Under the pieces are notes generated by a model. That model was not told where the DNA came from, did not search any database, and saw nothing but the letters and a program-made list of their open reading frames with translations. The position numbers and the translations under genes were made by a program. This document shows, one piece after another, positions 17,898 through 27,966 of a stretch of 64,000 nt of DNA. The stretch lies in the NCBI GenBank assembly GCA_000146465.1, contig CP001945.1. One strand, written 5' to 3'. The first letter of the stretch is position 1, and the number at the start of each line of letters is the position of its first letter.

Positions 17898-17908
17898 GGG
17901 CCCAGCCC
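17898..17908 (+). promoter_or_regulatory. GGGCCCAGCCC CCC-type motif about 10 nt upstream of the SRP54 ATG
   Basis: C-triplet motifs recur directly 5' of many ATGs in this window: EF-1alpha, DPM1, TOP3, ValRS, TMPK, eL32, eS27, eL29, CCT8, the ARP, the transporter and 37576. Confidence 0.4.
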
Positions 17909-17918
17909 TCAAAGAAGG

Positions 17919-19319
17919 ATGATCACCGAGCTTGGAAAGTCGATAACAAACACTTTGTCAAATCTTTTAAGATCGCGGGCCACAGACCAAGACATCGAGG
18001 CGGCGATAAAGGAGATATGCCATTCGCTGATTCTATCGAATGTAAATCCAAGATATGTAAGCAACTTGAGAAACGAACTGAAGGCCCGGTTGGACCCAAG
18101 TGGGATGGCGCCAGGACTTAACAAGGCAAGGGTAGTCCAGAATGCAGTCTACGAAAAGCTAGTTGATCTTCTGGATCCAAAGGCCAAGGGCTACAAGATC
18201 GAGAAGGGAAAGACAAGCATTATTGTGTTTGTGGGGCTGCAAGGGTCTGGAAAGACAACCAGCATATGCAAGTACGCCAACTTTTATAAGAAAAAAGGAT
18301 TCAAGGTTGGGATAGTGTGTGCAGACACGTTCAGGGCAGGGGCGTTTGACCAGGTTAGACAGAATGCCTTGAAGATCAAGGTTCCTTTTTTCGGAAGCTC
18401 AGAGGCAGATCCTGTGAAGGTTGCAGGAGCGGGGGTAGAAAGATTTAGGAGAGAGAGGTTTGAGGTTATTCTTGTGGATACCAGTGGGAGACATACACAG
18501 GAAAGTGAGCTGTTTGTGGAGATGAAAGATATCATGAGAGAGGTAAGGCCAGACAGCATTGTATTTGTGATGGATGCGGGAATAGGGCAGTCCGCAGAAG
18601 ATCAGGCTATTGGATTCAAGAAGGCAGTGAATGTGGGATCCATAATTTTGACAAAGATTGATGGGACAAACAAGGCAGGGGGAGCAATAAGTTCTGTGGC
18701 AGCAACAGGATGTCCGATCGAGTTTGTAGGAAATGGAGAGGGAATGGAAGATCTTGAGGTGTTTGACGCAAGAAGGTTTGTGTCGCGAATGCTTGGAATG
18801 GGAGATGTGGAGGGACTGATGGAAAAGGTCGAAAGCCTTGGGATTGACGAAAAGGAGGTTGTAAGAAAGCTGAAGCAGGGGAAGTTTACTCTCGGAGACT
18901 TCTACGATCAATTCCAGAAGATCCTGAGCCTCGGGCCGATTTCCAAGCTGCTTGAAATGATGCCGGGCTTTTCGGGGCTTTCCCTACCTGACGAAGAGTC
19001 TTTTAAAAAGCTCATCTATATATTTGATTCTCTGAGCCGCGGGGAGCTGGACTCCACAGGACAGATGTTTGAGAAGGAGCCAAGTAGGATTATGAGGGTA
19101 GCCCGGGGAAGTGGGACATCTGTCCAAGGAGTGGTTGAGATTCTTACCCAGTTTAAGAAGGCCCATGCAGTGATGCAGAAGATCAGTTCGATTCCTGGAA
19201 TTGAGAGCATGATGGGGAATCCATCTTCGATGAGCTTGACACAGAAAGCAAAGCTAAAGGAGCAGGCGAAGAATATCCTGCCAAAGGATCTTCTTGACAA
19301 GATGGCCTCGATGTTTTGA
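17919..19319 (+). CDS. SRP54: signal recognition particle 54 kDa protein (SRP54)
   Basis: N domain MITELGKSITNTLSNLL. G domain FVGLQGSGKTTSICKYANFYKKKGFKVGIVCADTFRAGAFDQ, DTSGRH, TKIDG. M domain retained. The ORF track begins at 17838. The conserved N-terminus starts at the ATG at 17919, directly after GGGCCCAGCCC. Confidence 0.9.
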   Translation: MITELGKSITNTLSNLLRSRATDQDIEAAIKEICHSLILSNVNPRYVSNLRNELKARLDPSGMAPGLNKARVVQNAVYEKLVDLLDPKAKGYKIEKGKTSIIVFVGLQGSGKTTSICKYANFYKKKGFKVGIVCADTFRAGAFDQVRQNALKIKVPFFGSSEADPVKVAGAGVERFRRERFEVILVDTSGRHTQESELFVEMKDIMREVRPDSIVFVMDAGIGQSAEDQAIGFKKAVNVGSIILTKIDGTNKAGGAISSVAATGCPIEFVGNGEGMEDLEVFDARRFVSRMLGMGDVEGLMEKVESLGIDEKEVVRKLKQGKFTLGDFYDQFQKILSLGPISKLLEMMPGFSGLSLPDEESFKKLIYIFDSLSRGELDSTGQMFEKEPSRIMRVARGSGTSVQGVVEILTQFKKAHAVMQKISSIPGIESMMGNPSSMSLTQKAKLKEQAKNILPKDLLDKMASMF

Positions 19320-19400
19320 ATGTGGTAGGAAATACATTTAATTATCCGTTTTTGAGTAAAATGCTTTGAATTGAAATTGGAACTCTTCTACGTTTAGTGT

Positions 19401-20093
19401 TCACGGATCTGTCCGGGTGTTTCCTATGATCCTGTCTTCAAGAGATGAGATCCCCTTGAAGACAATGGCATTTGATTTCTCGATATGGTTGTGGCACTTT
19501 TCGCCCATAAGTATTATTTCCCCTATGTGGTTCCTGACTTTATGTAGGAGGTTAAGGATTCTTTTCTTTTTCAGAGCACTACTTCTTATAAGGTCCCGAA
19601 CCTCCTCGGAAAGCTCTGGAGTGGCTGCTTCGAGATCGATGAAGTGTTCTCCATCTCTGTTGAGCTTCATACAATAGTCGATCATCTCAAGAGACATTTC
19701 TCTCAGTCTTCGGCAACTTATTTTTTCTTTAATTTCCTTGGAGTCTCTGATTGTCTCGATATCGCAGGGAGAAGTGGGCTTGTATTTGTAATAGAATGCA
19801 TCCTCGTTAATGTCCCTTTCATATGTTCCTCCCTCCCTCAGCCTGCTTATATTGAAAGCAAATCTATCGAGAATCCTATCGCAGTATGATAGATCCAGGT
19901 CATAATCAACATCTCTCTTTATCCAAAGCTTGTTTGGAAGGCAGGGCCTGGAAAGGGTTTTGAGGCAGTCCATCTCGCTTTCCGAATCTCTAGGATCCGC
20001 CCCTGGATGGCCAAGGCTCTCATTGACTACGTCTGAAGAAATGGAGATCGAACTTTCTTCTATCATTTCATTAGTGGTTTCCTCTACAGCCAT
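19401..20093 (-). CDS. hypothetical acidic protein, 230 aa
   Basis: ATG at 20093. Divergent from myosin with about 70 bp between starts. No recognisable domain. Confidence 0.4.
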   Translation of the reverse strand: MAVEETTNEMIEESSISISSDVVNESLGHPGADPRDSESEMDCLKTLSRPCLPNKLWIKRDVDYDLDLSYCDRILDRFAFNISRLREGGTYERDINEDAFYYKYKPTSPCDIETIRDSKEIKEKISCRRLREMSLEMIDYCMKLNRDGEHFIDLEAATPELSEEVRDLIRSSALKKKRILNLLHKVRNHIGEIILMGEKCHNHIEKSNAIVFKGISSLEDRIIGNTRTDP

Positions 20094-20163
20094 TTCTGGA
20101 ATGTCTGGGGAGTCAAAAATATTGAAGAGACCTTATTTCCTGATTCCGGCAGGGGCATTAAAA

Positions 20164-23100
20164 ATGGAAGAGACAACAAACAAACACACAAGCGGTCTCC
20201 GACTTGGCGAAAAAGCAAGTCTTAAGGACGAGATACAGAGAAGGTTTATGGAGAAGAAGTGGGTATGGGTTCCGAGCAATAAGGAGGCCTACCGAAGCGG
20301 GTTTGTGGTGAAGGAGGAGGGAGATAACCTTGAGGTTGATTGCGAAGGGGTTGTTATCAAATGCAAAAGCTGTGAGATATTTAGGATGAATCCTCCGAAG
20401 TTCGACATGATAGATGACCTTGCAGAGCTGAGTTATCTCAACGAGCCCGGGGTCCTGCACAATTTGAAGAGAAGATATCAGAACGGACGGATATATACAT
20501 ACTCGGGACTGTTTCTTCTTGCAATCAACCCATACAAGAACCTCCGGATATATGGAGAGAAGGATGCAAGGAAATACACTCTTAGCAAGAAGTATGAGCT
20601 GGAGCCGCATATCTTCGCGGTTGCAAATGAAGCATATAAGTCGATGGTTTCAAGCAGGGAAAACCAATCGATCTTGATTACAGGGGAATCTGGGGCAGGG
20701 AAGACAGAAAACACAAAGAGAGTGGTGGAGTTTCTTGCGATGGTGGGAGGAAGCAAGGATGCAGAAGTAAGCATTGACAGGAAGATAATAGATGCAAACC
20801 CCATTCTGGAAGCGTTTGGAAATGCACAGACGGTGAAGAACGACAATTCCAGTAGATTTGGAAAGTTTATAAAGATCAAATTCAACGGAGGAAACATATG
20901 TGGAGCACATATTGAGAAGTATCTGTTGGAGAAGTCTAGGGTGACCAACCAGAACAGAAACGAGAGGAACTACCACATATTCTACCAGCTTCTTGGGAGT
21001 GAGGACCAGGGACTCAAGAAGCAGCTGTTTCTGTCGGGGGAGCCAAAGGACTATAGGTTCCTCCGAGGTTCCAAATTCAGGATCCCTGGGGTGGATGATG
21101 CAGAGGAGTTCAAGAGGCTTAGAGAGTCGATGGACATTTTGGGGATTAGCAGGGGTGAGCAGAATGGGTACTTTGGGATTGTGTCTGCGGTCCTGCATCT
21201 TGGAAACATCGAGTTTCGAGAAAAGGACGGGGCAGCCGAGATAGCCAATCTTGATGTTGCAGAAAAGGTCTGCAAGCTCCTCAACATTCCTCTTACAGAG
21301 TTTATCAAGGGTCTTATCCATCCAATGATCAGGGCTGGGAATGAGTATGTTGCACAAAGCAGGAGCAAGGAACAAGCTCTTAAGATTGTGGAAGGGCTTG
21401 CAAGGATTCTGTATGACAAGATGTTTGACAGCGTGATAGGAAGAATCAACATGTCTCTCAGCTCTCCACACAAAGGCAACTTTATTGGGGTTCTTGACAT
21501 AGCAGGGTTTGAGATCTTCGAGAAGAATTCATTTGAGCAACTCTGCATAAACTACACAAACGAGAAGTTACAGCAGTTTTTTAATCACCACATGTTTATT
21601 TTGGAGCAGGAGGTGTACCGGAAGGAGAATATTGATTGGGACTTTATTGACTTTGGGCTGGATCTGCAACCGACGATCGACCTGATAGAGAAGAACAATC
21701 CAATTGGGATTCTGAGCTATCTGGACGAGGAGTGTGTGATGCCGATGGCAACGGAGAAGACATTTCTTGGGAAGCTGATGAAAAACATCCGGGATGAGAA
21801 GTTCGAGGTTGACCGAATCCGAGATGTTTTTATTCTAAACCATTATGCAGGAGATGTGGAGTACACAGTTGAGGATTGGCTTTCAAAGAACAAGGACTCG
21901 CATTCTGAGGCGCTGACATCGTTAATCCGCATGTCGAGTGATGAGACTGTTTCTAAGCTAAGCCTGGAGGAGGAGATGATCAAGAAAGGGTTTTTCCGAA
22001 CGGTTTCGCAGAAGCATAAGGAGCAGCTCGCATCCTTGATGTCTGAGCTTCGTGGGACAAACCCACACTTTGTGCGGTGCATAATTCCGAACCTTGAGAA
22101 AAGCGGAGAGAGTTTAGACAATGGAGTAGTTCTAGGGCAACTGAAGTGTAACGGAGTTCTTGAGGGGATAAGAATCAGCAGACAGGGATTTCCGTCTCGG
22201 ATGGGGTATCTGGAGTTTGTGCGGAGATATAAGATAATGGTAAAAGAGGAGGTTCTGGATGGGGAGCTCTGGGGGGATGGGGTTTGTATGGAGCTCTGCA
22301 AGGAAGGAACAGGAAAGATTTTATCAGAGATTGGAATTGGGGGAAGCCAATACAGGATGGGACGTACGAAGGTGTTTTTTAGACAAGGGGTTCTTGCAGA
22401 CATCGAGGACATGAGGGATGGAAAGATCTCTGAGATTGTCAAAGAGGTTCAGGCTCTTATTAGAAGAAGACTTGCATTCCGGAAATACAATCTGACACAA
22501 AGGAGGATGCAGGGGATTCTTGTGATTCAAAGGAATGGAAGGATATGCAATGAGCTGCAGCGATGGAACTGGTGGAGATTGTATCAGAAGATCAAACCCT
22601 TGCTGGATGTCCGGAAGAAGGATAATGAGATGAGGGAGAAGGATGCGATGATTCAGGAATACATTCGAATGCTTGATGCTGAGAAGAGCAGGAGGGAGGA
22701 GTCTGAAGAGATGATGAAGATGATAAGTCTGAAGAAGGATCTATTGGAGAAGACTGTTGAGGATGAGAAGAGGTTTTCTATGGAGAAGGACGAACTGCTG
22801 ATGGCCTTAAGATACAAGGTGGATTCGATGGGGCAAGAACTTGAGAAGGCACGGAAGGAAGCTGATGAAGCTCATGAGGAGAAAAAGGTATGCTCGGAAC
22901 GTCTAGCTGAGATGGGCAAGACATTGGAAGGGAGAGAAGCAGAAATATGTGATCTCCGAAAGGAGATGGAAGAACAGAAGAATACTCTTTTATTACAGGA
23001 GAGAGACATCTGTACACTGCGTGAGGAGATAGTAAGCAAGCTGAGCGAGAAGGATGCAATGGTGGAGAAGATGCTTCGAGAGAGGGATAAGGAGGTAATG

Positions 23101-25197
23101 ATGCTGAAGGAAAAGATCAAGGAGAAGGACCTTGATGGAGAGAAGAAGGCTGAGAAGATCAAAAGGCTTGAGTTGTCTGAAGAAGAAAGAAGGAGAGAGC
23201 TGAAGAAAAAGGAGCAGGAGATGAACGAGCTCCGAACTAATTGGTTGAGCATGAAGAAATGGAAGGAGGAGTGTGTAGAGCTAAGGGCAGACTATGAGGC
23301 GATGCAGAAGAAGTTAAAAGACGAAGCAGAAGATGCATTGCTTGAAAACGACCGCCTCCAGAACGAGATTCGAAAGATGAGGAAGGAGATGGAGGAGCAG
23401 GAACTTATGCGGAAGAAGCTTCTGGACGATCTGGAGTTTGAGAGGAGTAGGGGGCAGAAGCTTGAAGGAGCATTTCAAGAGCTCAGGAGAGAACACGAGA
23501 TTGTAGAGGAGCAGCTTCAGAAGGAAAAGCAGCTGAAGGATTCAACACAAGAGTCGTTAGTGGAGAGGATAAAGGGCCTTGAGAGGAAAACCAAGAGCCT
23601 TAGTGAGAAGTTGAAGAGTGAAGAGCTTGCAAACAAGCAGCTTATGAATGAGAAAGACGACATGCACAGAGAGATCCATGTTTTGCAGCAGTCGAAACTG
23701 GACGAGATTTTCGACAGGGAGGCAGCATTCAACAGTGCCAAAAAGAATCTTCAGATGGAGATCCAAAGGCTGGAAATGGAGAACCAAAAGCTGAATACGG
23801 AGATTATGGAATCGAAGTGTATGGGGGAGGCTAGTGAGGAGAGTGTTTCGGCAATGGAAAAGTTTTATGTGATTCTTGAGGAGGAGAGGAAGAAGAGAAA
23901 AGAGATTGAGCACCAGGTATCTGAGCAGGAAAACAAGAACGTCATATTGAGCAGCGAAGTGGAAATGCTAAAGGAGATGGTTGAGATAGAAAGAAGAAGC
24001 AAAGAAGAAATGATGAGGGGGCAAGAGAAAGAGACAGGACTGCGAAGGGCGATTTCTGGGGTGCGGAAAGAGATTGAGGATGTTGAAAATGAAATGAACA
24101 TGATTGTCAGTGGGTTCAATGAGCTGTATTTCTCTGTTCTTAACAAATACAAAGGGGATCTTAAGGAATGTAAAGAGAGTTTGGAATTGAAGAATCATAC
24201 TATTGAGGAGCTGAATGATAGGATTTTGGATCTGAGCTCGCTTGCCGAAGGAAGGAGAGCGGTGGAAGAAGAAACGAGTGGAAGGATGGAAGAAATGAGC
24301 AAGCAGTACAGCAAGATGGCCAATGACTTCTCATCGCTGAGTGCCAAATGTAATTCTCTTGAGATATCTCTATCTGAGAAGGAGGAGGAGATCAAGAGAT
24401 ATGAAGAGAAGTGCAGTGAATATGACAATCTGGTCAGAGATTTGGGATGCCGAATTGACGAGGAGATTAAGAATCTCCACAGGAGTGATGAGGAGAGAAG
24501 AGGATATATTAGAAAGCTCGAAGATGATTTGAACGGAAGTATGGCAGGAATAAGGAAGCTGGAGGAGAAGTATAGGGCACGAATGGAGGAAAGTGTACAG
24601 TATGTCCTTGATGGGGAGAAGAGGAAGCTTAAGGCTCTAGAGGAGTTACACGGGCAGCTAGCAAAGAGATTTGATGATCTACAAGGGGAACATCGGATTC
24701 TTTTGGACGAAAAGATGAAGGACTCGTTGAGGATTGAGCAGCTTGAGGGAGAGCTCTGTGCTCTCCGGAAGGCGGAGACACAAAGGCAAGACATGATTTT
24801 GATGTATGAATCCGAGATTTCTGGATTGAAGCGGTGTGCAAGGTTCCAAGACGAGATCCAAACATCGTTTGGGGGAGAAAGAAGCCCTGCAGTTGTGCAT
24901 GTCTGTGATAAAGAGAAGTATCAAGCGCTGGATCGTAAGAGGGCAGTTATTGAGAATGAGTTGTTAAGGGCAAACAACGATAAGGAGTCCCAGATTGCAG
25001 CCAATAAGAAGCTTCGGGAGGAGGTAGAAAGACTCCGAGGAGAGATTGAGGGGAGCAGGAGCAAGGCATTGGAAATGAAGAAGAAGTTGGGGCATCAGAT
25101 GCTAACGGCGAACCGTCTCAGCAGGGAACTTGAAGAAGAGAAGGAGATGGTAAGGTTTCTGAGGACTCTTGGAGGAGGGAGGAAGAAGAAAGCCTGA
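20164..25197 (+). CDS. myosin II heavy chain (motor domain plus long coiled-coil tail)
   Basis: GESGAGKTENTKRVVEF P-loop, NDNSSRFGKFIKI switch I, LDIAGFEIF switch II, and an SH3-like N-terminus. IQ region (IRRRLAFRKYN) followed by about 870 aa of E/K/R/L heptad coiled coil. The ORF track begins at 19930 and would overlap the upstream minus gene, so the ATG at 20164 (MEETTNKH) is preferred. Confidence 0.85.
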   Translation: MEETTNKHTSGLRLGEKASLKDEIQRRFMEKKWVWVPSNKEAYRSGFVVKEEGDNLEVDCEGVVIKCKSCEIFRMNPPKFDMIDDLAELSYLNEPGVLHNLKRRYQNGRIYTYSGLFLLAINPYKNLRIYGEKDARKYTLSKKYELEPHIFAVANEAYKSMVSSRENQSILITGESGAGKTENTKRVVEFLAMVGGSKDAEVSIDRKIIDANPILEAFGNAQTVKNDNSSRFGKFIKIKFNGGNICGAHIEKYLLEKSRVTNQNRNERNYHIFYQLLGSEDQGLKKQLFLSGEPKDYRFLRGSKFRIPGVDDAEEFKRLRESMDILGISRGEQNGYFGIVSAVLHLGNIEFREKDGAAEIANLDVAEKVCKLLNIPLTEFIKGLIHPMIRAGNEYVAQSRSKEQALKIVEGLARILYDKMFDSVIGRINMSLSSPHKGNFIGVLDIAGFEIFEKNSFEQLCINYTNEKLQQFFNHHMFILEQEVYRKENIDWDFIDFGLDLQPTIDLIEKNNPIGILSYLDEECVMPMATEKTFLGKLMKNIRDEKFEVDRIRDVFILNHYAGDVEYTVEDWLSKNKDSHSEALTSLIRMSSDETVSKLSLEEEMIKKGFFRTVSQKHKEQLASLMSELRGTNPHFVRCIIPNLEKSGESLDNGVVLGQLKCNGVLEGIRISRQGFPSRMGYLEFVRRYKIMVKEEVLDGELWGDGVCMELCKEGTGKILSEIGIGGSQYRMGRTKVFFRQGVLADIEDMRDGKISEIVKEVQALIRRRLAFRKYNLTQRRMQGILVIQRNGRICNELQRWNWWRLYQKIKPLLDVRKKDNEMREKDAMIQEYIRMLDAEKSRREESEEMMKMISLKKDLLEKTVEDEKRFSMEKDELLMALRYKVDSMGQELEKARKEADEAHEEKKVCSERLAEMGKTLEGREAEICDLRKEMEEQKNTLLLQERDICTLREEIVSKLSEKDAMVEKMLRERDKEVMMLKEKIKEKDLDGEKKAEKIKRLELSEEERRRELKKKEQEMNELRTNWLSMKKWKEECVELRADYEAMQKKLKDEAEDALLENDRLQNEIRKMRKEMEEQELMRKKLLDDLEFERSRGQKLEGAFQELRREHEIVEEQLQKEKQLKDSTQESLVERIKGLERKTKSLSEKLKSEELANKQLMNEKDDMHREIHVLQQSKLDEIFDREAAFNSAKKNLQMEIQRLEMENQKLNTEIMESKCMGEASEESVSAMEKFYVILEEERKKRKEIEHQVSEQENKNVILSSEVEMLKEMVEIERRSKEEMMRGQEKETGLRRAISGVRKEIEDVENEMNMIVSGFNELYFSVLNKYKGDLKECKESLELKNHTIEELNDRILDLSSLAEGRRAVEEETSGRMEEMSKQYSKMANDFSSLSAKCNSLEISLSEKEEEIKRYEEKCSEYDNLVRDLGCRIDEEIKNLHRSDEERRGYIRKLEDDLNGSMAGIRKLEEKYRARMEESVQYVLDGEKRKLKALEELHGQLAKRFDDLQGEHRILLDEKMKDSLRIEQLEGELCALRKAETQRQDMILMYESEISGLKRCARFQDEIQTSFGGERSPAVVHVCDKEKYQALDRKRAVIENELLRANNDKESQIAANKKLREEVERLRGEIEGSRSKALEMKKKLGHQMLTANRLSRELEEEKEMVRFLRTLGGGRKKKA

Positions 25198-25268
25198 GTG
25201 TGAATTTGCAGGATGTTAGGATGAAAAACCTTTTTTAGTTATGTTTGAAAATTTTATGCCCTTGTCTC

Positions 25269-25442
25269 ATGGCGAAGAGGAAGAACCATACCAATCATAA
25301 TCAGAACAGAAAGGATCACCGAAACGGGATTAAGAAGCCTAGGATGCCGAACTTCTCTGAGTTCTTAGGCCTTCATCCAGCAACCTTAATGAGAATGGAA
25401 GAGGCAACCAAACTATGGAATGCATCTATCTCAAGAAAATAA
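25269..25442 (+). CDS. RPL29: 60S ribosomal protein eL29
   Basis: MAKRKNHTNHNQNRKDHRNGIKKP, compared with eL29 MAKSKNHTxHNQxRKxHRNGIKKP. The ORF track begins 8 codons upstream at 25245. CCC precedes the ATG at 25269. Confidence 0.75.
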   Translation: MAKRKNHTNHNQNRKDHRNGIKKPRMPNFSEFLGLHPATLMRMEEATKLWNASISRK

Positions 25443-25459
25443 ACGTTCTTTTTGAGTCT

Positions 25460-25912
25460 ATGTTTGTTATGTATATGGATTTATGGAAGGCCCCTGGAAT
25501 GGTGCTAATAGTTGATACATTTGAAGTTCCGTCTCTACTGATATCCCAGAAGCTCTTCCGGTCTTCGTCTGTTGTGGAGATAGAGGAGGTGACGAAAGAG
25601 ACGATAGATGAGGTTTTAACGGCGGACGGGGTATATAGTATTCATAAGGAATGCTTTGACTACGAAAGGATCAGATGGATGAAATACTACTTCAATGAGG
25701 TTGTCGAGGTGTTTGCAAATGTCCAATACATTAACAAAAGCAAGAAGGTTGTTAGGTACTACTCGATAGTCAGGGATGCAGAAGGAGTTGCCACAGATCT
25801 GGTTGAGATCAAAGAAGACGAAGAAAAAGAGGCATATGACAAGACGGCGTTTCTCCCACATGTTCAAGCACAAGAAGAGGAAATTGTTATTTTCCCGGAT
25901 GATGAAGACTGA
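25460..25912 (+). CDS. hypothetical acidic protein, about 150 aa
   Basis: The ORF track start at 25415 overlaps the eL29 stop, so an internal Met at 25460 was chosen. No domain recognised. Confidence 0.35.
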   Translation: MFVMYMDLWKAPGMVLIVDTFEVPSLLISQKLFRSSSVVEIEEVTKETIDEVLTADGVYSIHKECFDYERIRWMKYYFNEVVEVFANVQYINKSKKVVRYYSIVRDAEGVATDLVEIKEDEEKEAYDKTAFLPHVQAQEEEIVIFPDDED

Positions 25913-25976
25913 TGTGGGCCACGGCCCTGCTCCTAGAGGAATTATAAGAAAATTTTTAAGATAAAGCCCTAAGAAG

Positions 25977-26234
25977 ATGACACTTGACTTAGCATTTCCC
26001 ACAAGAGAAAAGGTTGCATCAACCTACAAGAAGGACCGGTTGTACAGGGAAGGCAACGGGTTTTTTATGTATGTGAGGTGTGGAGGATGCAGACACACTA
26101 CGTGCTGCTACTCGCACTCGCAGACGAACATCTCCTGTCCAGGGTGCGGAGATATAATCCTGACGTCCTCAGGGGGGAGGGCGATTGTGTCACCCAACTG
26201 TGAGTTCAAGAGGATCATAAGAAGTATTGATTAA
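25977..26234 (+). CDS. RPS27: 40S ribosomal protein eS27 (C4 zinc ribbon)
   Basis: LAFPTREK...FFMYVRCGGCRHTTCCYSHSQTNISCPGCGDIILTSSGGRA matches eS27 [40 protein letters not shown]. There is no intron at the 5' end. Confidence 0.85.
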   Translation: MTLDLAFPTREKVASTYKKDRLYREGNGFFMYVRCGGCRHTTCCYSHSQTNISCPGCGDIILTSSGGRAIVSPNCEFKRIIRSID

Positions 26235-26304
26235 AGATTTTAGTTCTACTCTTCTATCATTTGGCAGCCTTGGAGAGTCAAAGTTGAAAATTTTTCAAGC
26301 CCTG

Positions 26305-27759
26305 ATGGACATTGGACAGACACATCTCGGCGGGTTGATATCTAATTCCCAGCAAGACGAGAAAGTAAGGTATCATGTTGTCGGATCAAGGGTCAAGATG
26401 GCATGCAATGTCATAAGGAGCCTATATGGGGGATCCCATCGGACAAAGCTTATAGTGAACGGATATGGACAGGTAATCCTTTCTTCCCAGCCAGGAGTCA
26501 TTTATGATAACATCAAGATAAACCATCCTCTTGTGAAGCTACTGCAGGATTATGTCAAGAAAATGGATGTGGTTGGAGATGGAGCAACGTTTTTTGTGAC
26601 TCTTGTGTCGGAGCTGATCCAGGAGGCGATGGATGTTGTTGGAAAAGGAATGAAGGGGGCATATCTTGGCTACATGCTTCGGGAAGTCCATAAGGAGATA
26701 GAAGAGTTAGCCTCTGAACTTCGGATTAAGCACGAGGTTGACTTTGAGGACCGGGAGAGCATATCAAAGGTTCTGAAGGGGGTTTTGAAGGATTCTGTAC
26801 TGGAGAAAATAGTTGTCGAGGGGATATCGCTTTGCAGAAGCTTCAGCACAGAAAACATCCGGGTGTGCAAGGTGGTGTGTGGGTCTACAGAAGATAGCTA
26901 TGTTGTGCAGGGAATGGTGTTCAACAGGTCTCCGGAAGGAGAAGTAAAGCATGTGACCAAAGGAAAAACATCTATCTACAACTGCCCGTTGGATATATCG
27001 AGAACAGAGCTGAAGGGGACGGTTCTGATGAGGACGGCATCTGAGCTCTTGTCCTTTAGTAAAGAGGAAAACAAGAGGATCAAGGAGACAGTGGAGTCTA
27101 TGAATGGAGATGTTGTAATATGCAGTGGGAAGGTTGATAAGATCTACCTCGACTTTCTGAACAAGAAAAAGAAGCTTGTTTTCCGAATCACCAGCAAGTA
27201 TGATTTGAGAAGAATTAGAGAACTGGTAGGAGGACACATTCTGGCGGCTTTAGATCCGCAGACGGAAGATTCGATGGGGTTTGTTGAAGAGGTGGAAACC
27301 TTTAAGGAAGGCAACTCCGAGTATACCAAATTTATCTCGGGAAGCAAGAAGGTGTATACCTTGGTTCTAAAGAATTCTGTGCAGGCAGTGCTGGATGAGC
27401 AAGAAAGGATGGTCCAAAAAGCATTGAACGTCCTGAGTAAGAATTCCAAGGAAGGAAAGATTGACCTAGTGGATGGGGCTGGGAGATTTGAGAAAAAGTT
27501 ATCGAAGATATTTCTAGAGAGATCCATGGGTTGTAAAGAGGGCAAGAATCTTGTGTACAAGTGTATTGGAAAAGCCCTTGGGACATTCAAGACCTCCGAT
27601 GCTGAAGTCTACGATGCATACAATGCCAAGGTAAAGGCATTAAAGTACTCAATCGAGTTCATCTCCACTCTATTTGAGACTGGAGACTATCTCATAGGAA
27701 AGCCAGAAGCAATCAATATTGCACCCAAGAGTAACCAGCATTGGGATGAAGACCACTAG
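26305..27759 (+). CDS. CCT8: T-complex protein 1 subunit theta (CCT8-like chaperonin)
   Basis: VGDGATFFVTLVSELIQEA (GDGTT-like). NIRVCKVVCGSTEDSYVVQGMVFNRSPEGEVKHVTKGKTSIYNCPLDISRTELKGTVLMRTASELLSFSKEEN aligns closely with CCT-theta NIRVCKILGSGISSSSVLHGMVFKKETEGDV...YSCPFD...TETKGTVLIKTAEELMNFSKGEE. The ORF track starts at a TTG at 26227 inside the eS27 gene. The ATG at 26305 is preceded by CCC. Confidence 0.75.
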   Translation: MDIGQTHLGGLISNSQQDEKVRYHVVGSRVKMACNVIRSLYGGSHRTKLIVNGYGQVILSSQPGVIYDNIKINHPLVKLLQDYVKKMDVVGDGATFFVTLVSELIQEAMDVVGKGMKGAYLGYMLREVHKEIEELASELRIKHEVDFEDRESISKVLKGVLKDSVLEKIVVEGISLCRSFSTENIRVCKVVCGSTEDSYVVQGMVFNRSPEGEVKHVTKGKTSIYNCPLDISRTELKGTVLMRTASELLSFSKEENKRIKETVESMNGDVVICSGKVDKIYLDFLNKKKKLVFRITSKYDLRRIRELVGGHILAALDPQTEDSMGFVEEVETFKEGNSEYTKFISGSKKVYTLVLKNSVQAVLDEQERMVQKALNVLSKNSKEGKIDLVDGAGRFEKKLSKIFLERSMGCKEGKNLVYKCIGKALGTFKTSDAEVYDAYNAKVKALKYSIEFISTLFETGDYLIGKPEAINIAPKSNQHWDEDH

Positions 27760-27966
27760 GGAGAGTCTTTGAATTCTGCCATTGGTAATAGCTATGATTA
27801 AATCTAACTTTTAAACGAAGGACAATTAAAGAAAATTCATTGGGGAAATATTTCCTCTGGGCTTTCCATCTCTTTTGAGGGATAAGAATCCTAACTGTAG
27901 AGATTCTATATTTCTGCTAAAAATCGGAGTATAAAATATAGCACAAGAGATGGGTTTAAGGTTGGA

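Noticed and set aside
20650-24794. Multiple 60-270-aa minus-strand ORFs inside the myosin gene (e.g. 20650-21471, 21843-22442, 22872-23252, 24195-24794)
   Set aside because: They are antisense artefacts of the long myosin coiled-coil and motor coding sequence. They are low complexity and have no homology.
25977-26000. Spliceosomal introns at the 5' ends of the ribosomal protein genes eS27, eL29 and eL32
   Set aside because: I looked for ATG followed within a few codons by GTAAGT-like donors, as in the short Encephalitozoon ribosomal protein gene introns. All three read through in frame from the ATG, with conserved N-termini and no donor or branch signals.
26227-26304. N-terminal extensions in the ORF track. 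CCT8 from 26227, ValRS from 39115, PheRS-beta from 6320, TMPK from 50170 and the 15993 gene from 16628 all begin at TTG. Myosin from 19930, SRP54 from 17838 and eL29 from 25245 begin at upstream ATGs.
   Set aside because: These starts overlap the neighbouring gene or precede the conserved N-terminus. Downstream ATGs with an adjacent CCC motif and family-conserved N-termini are preferred. No genuine overlapping genes are claimed.
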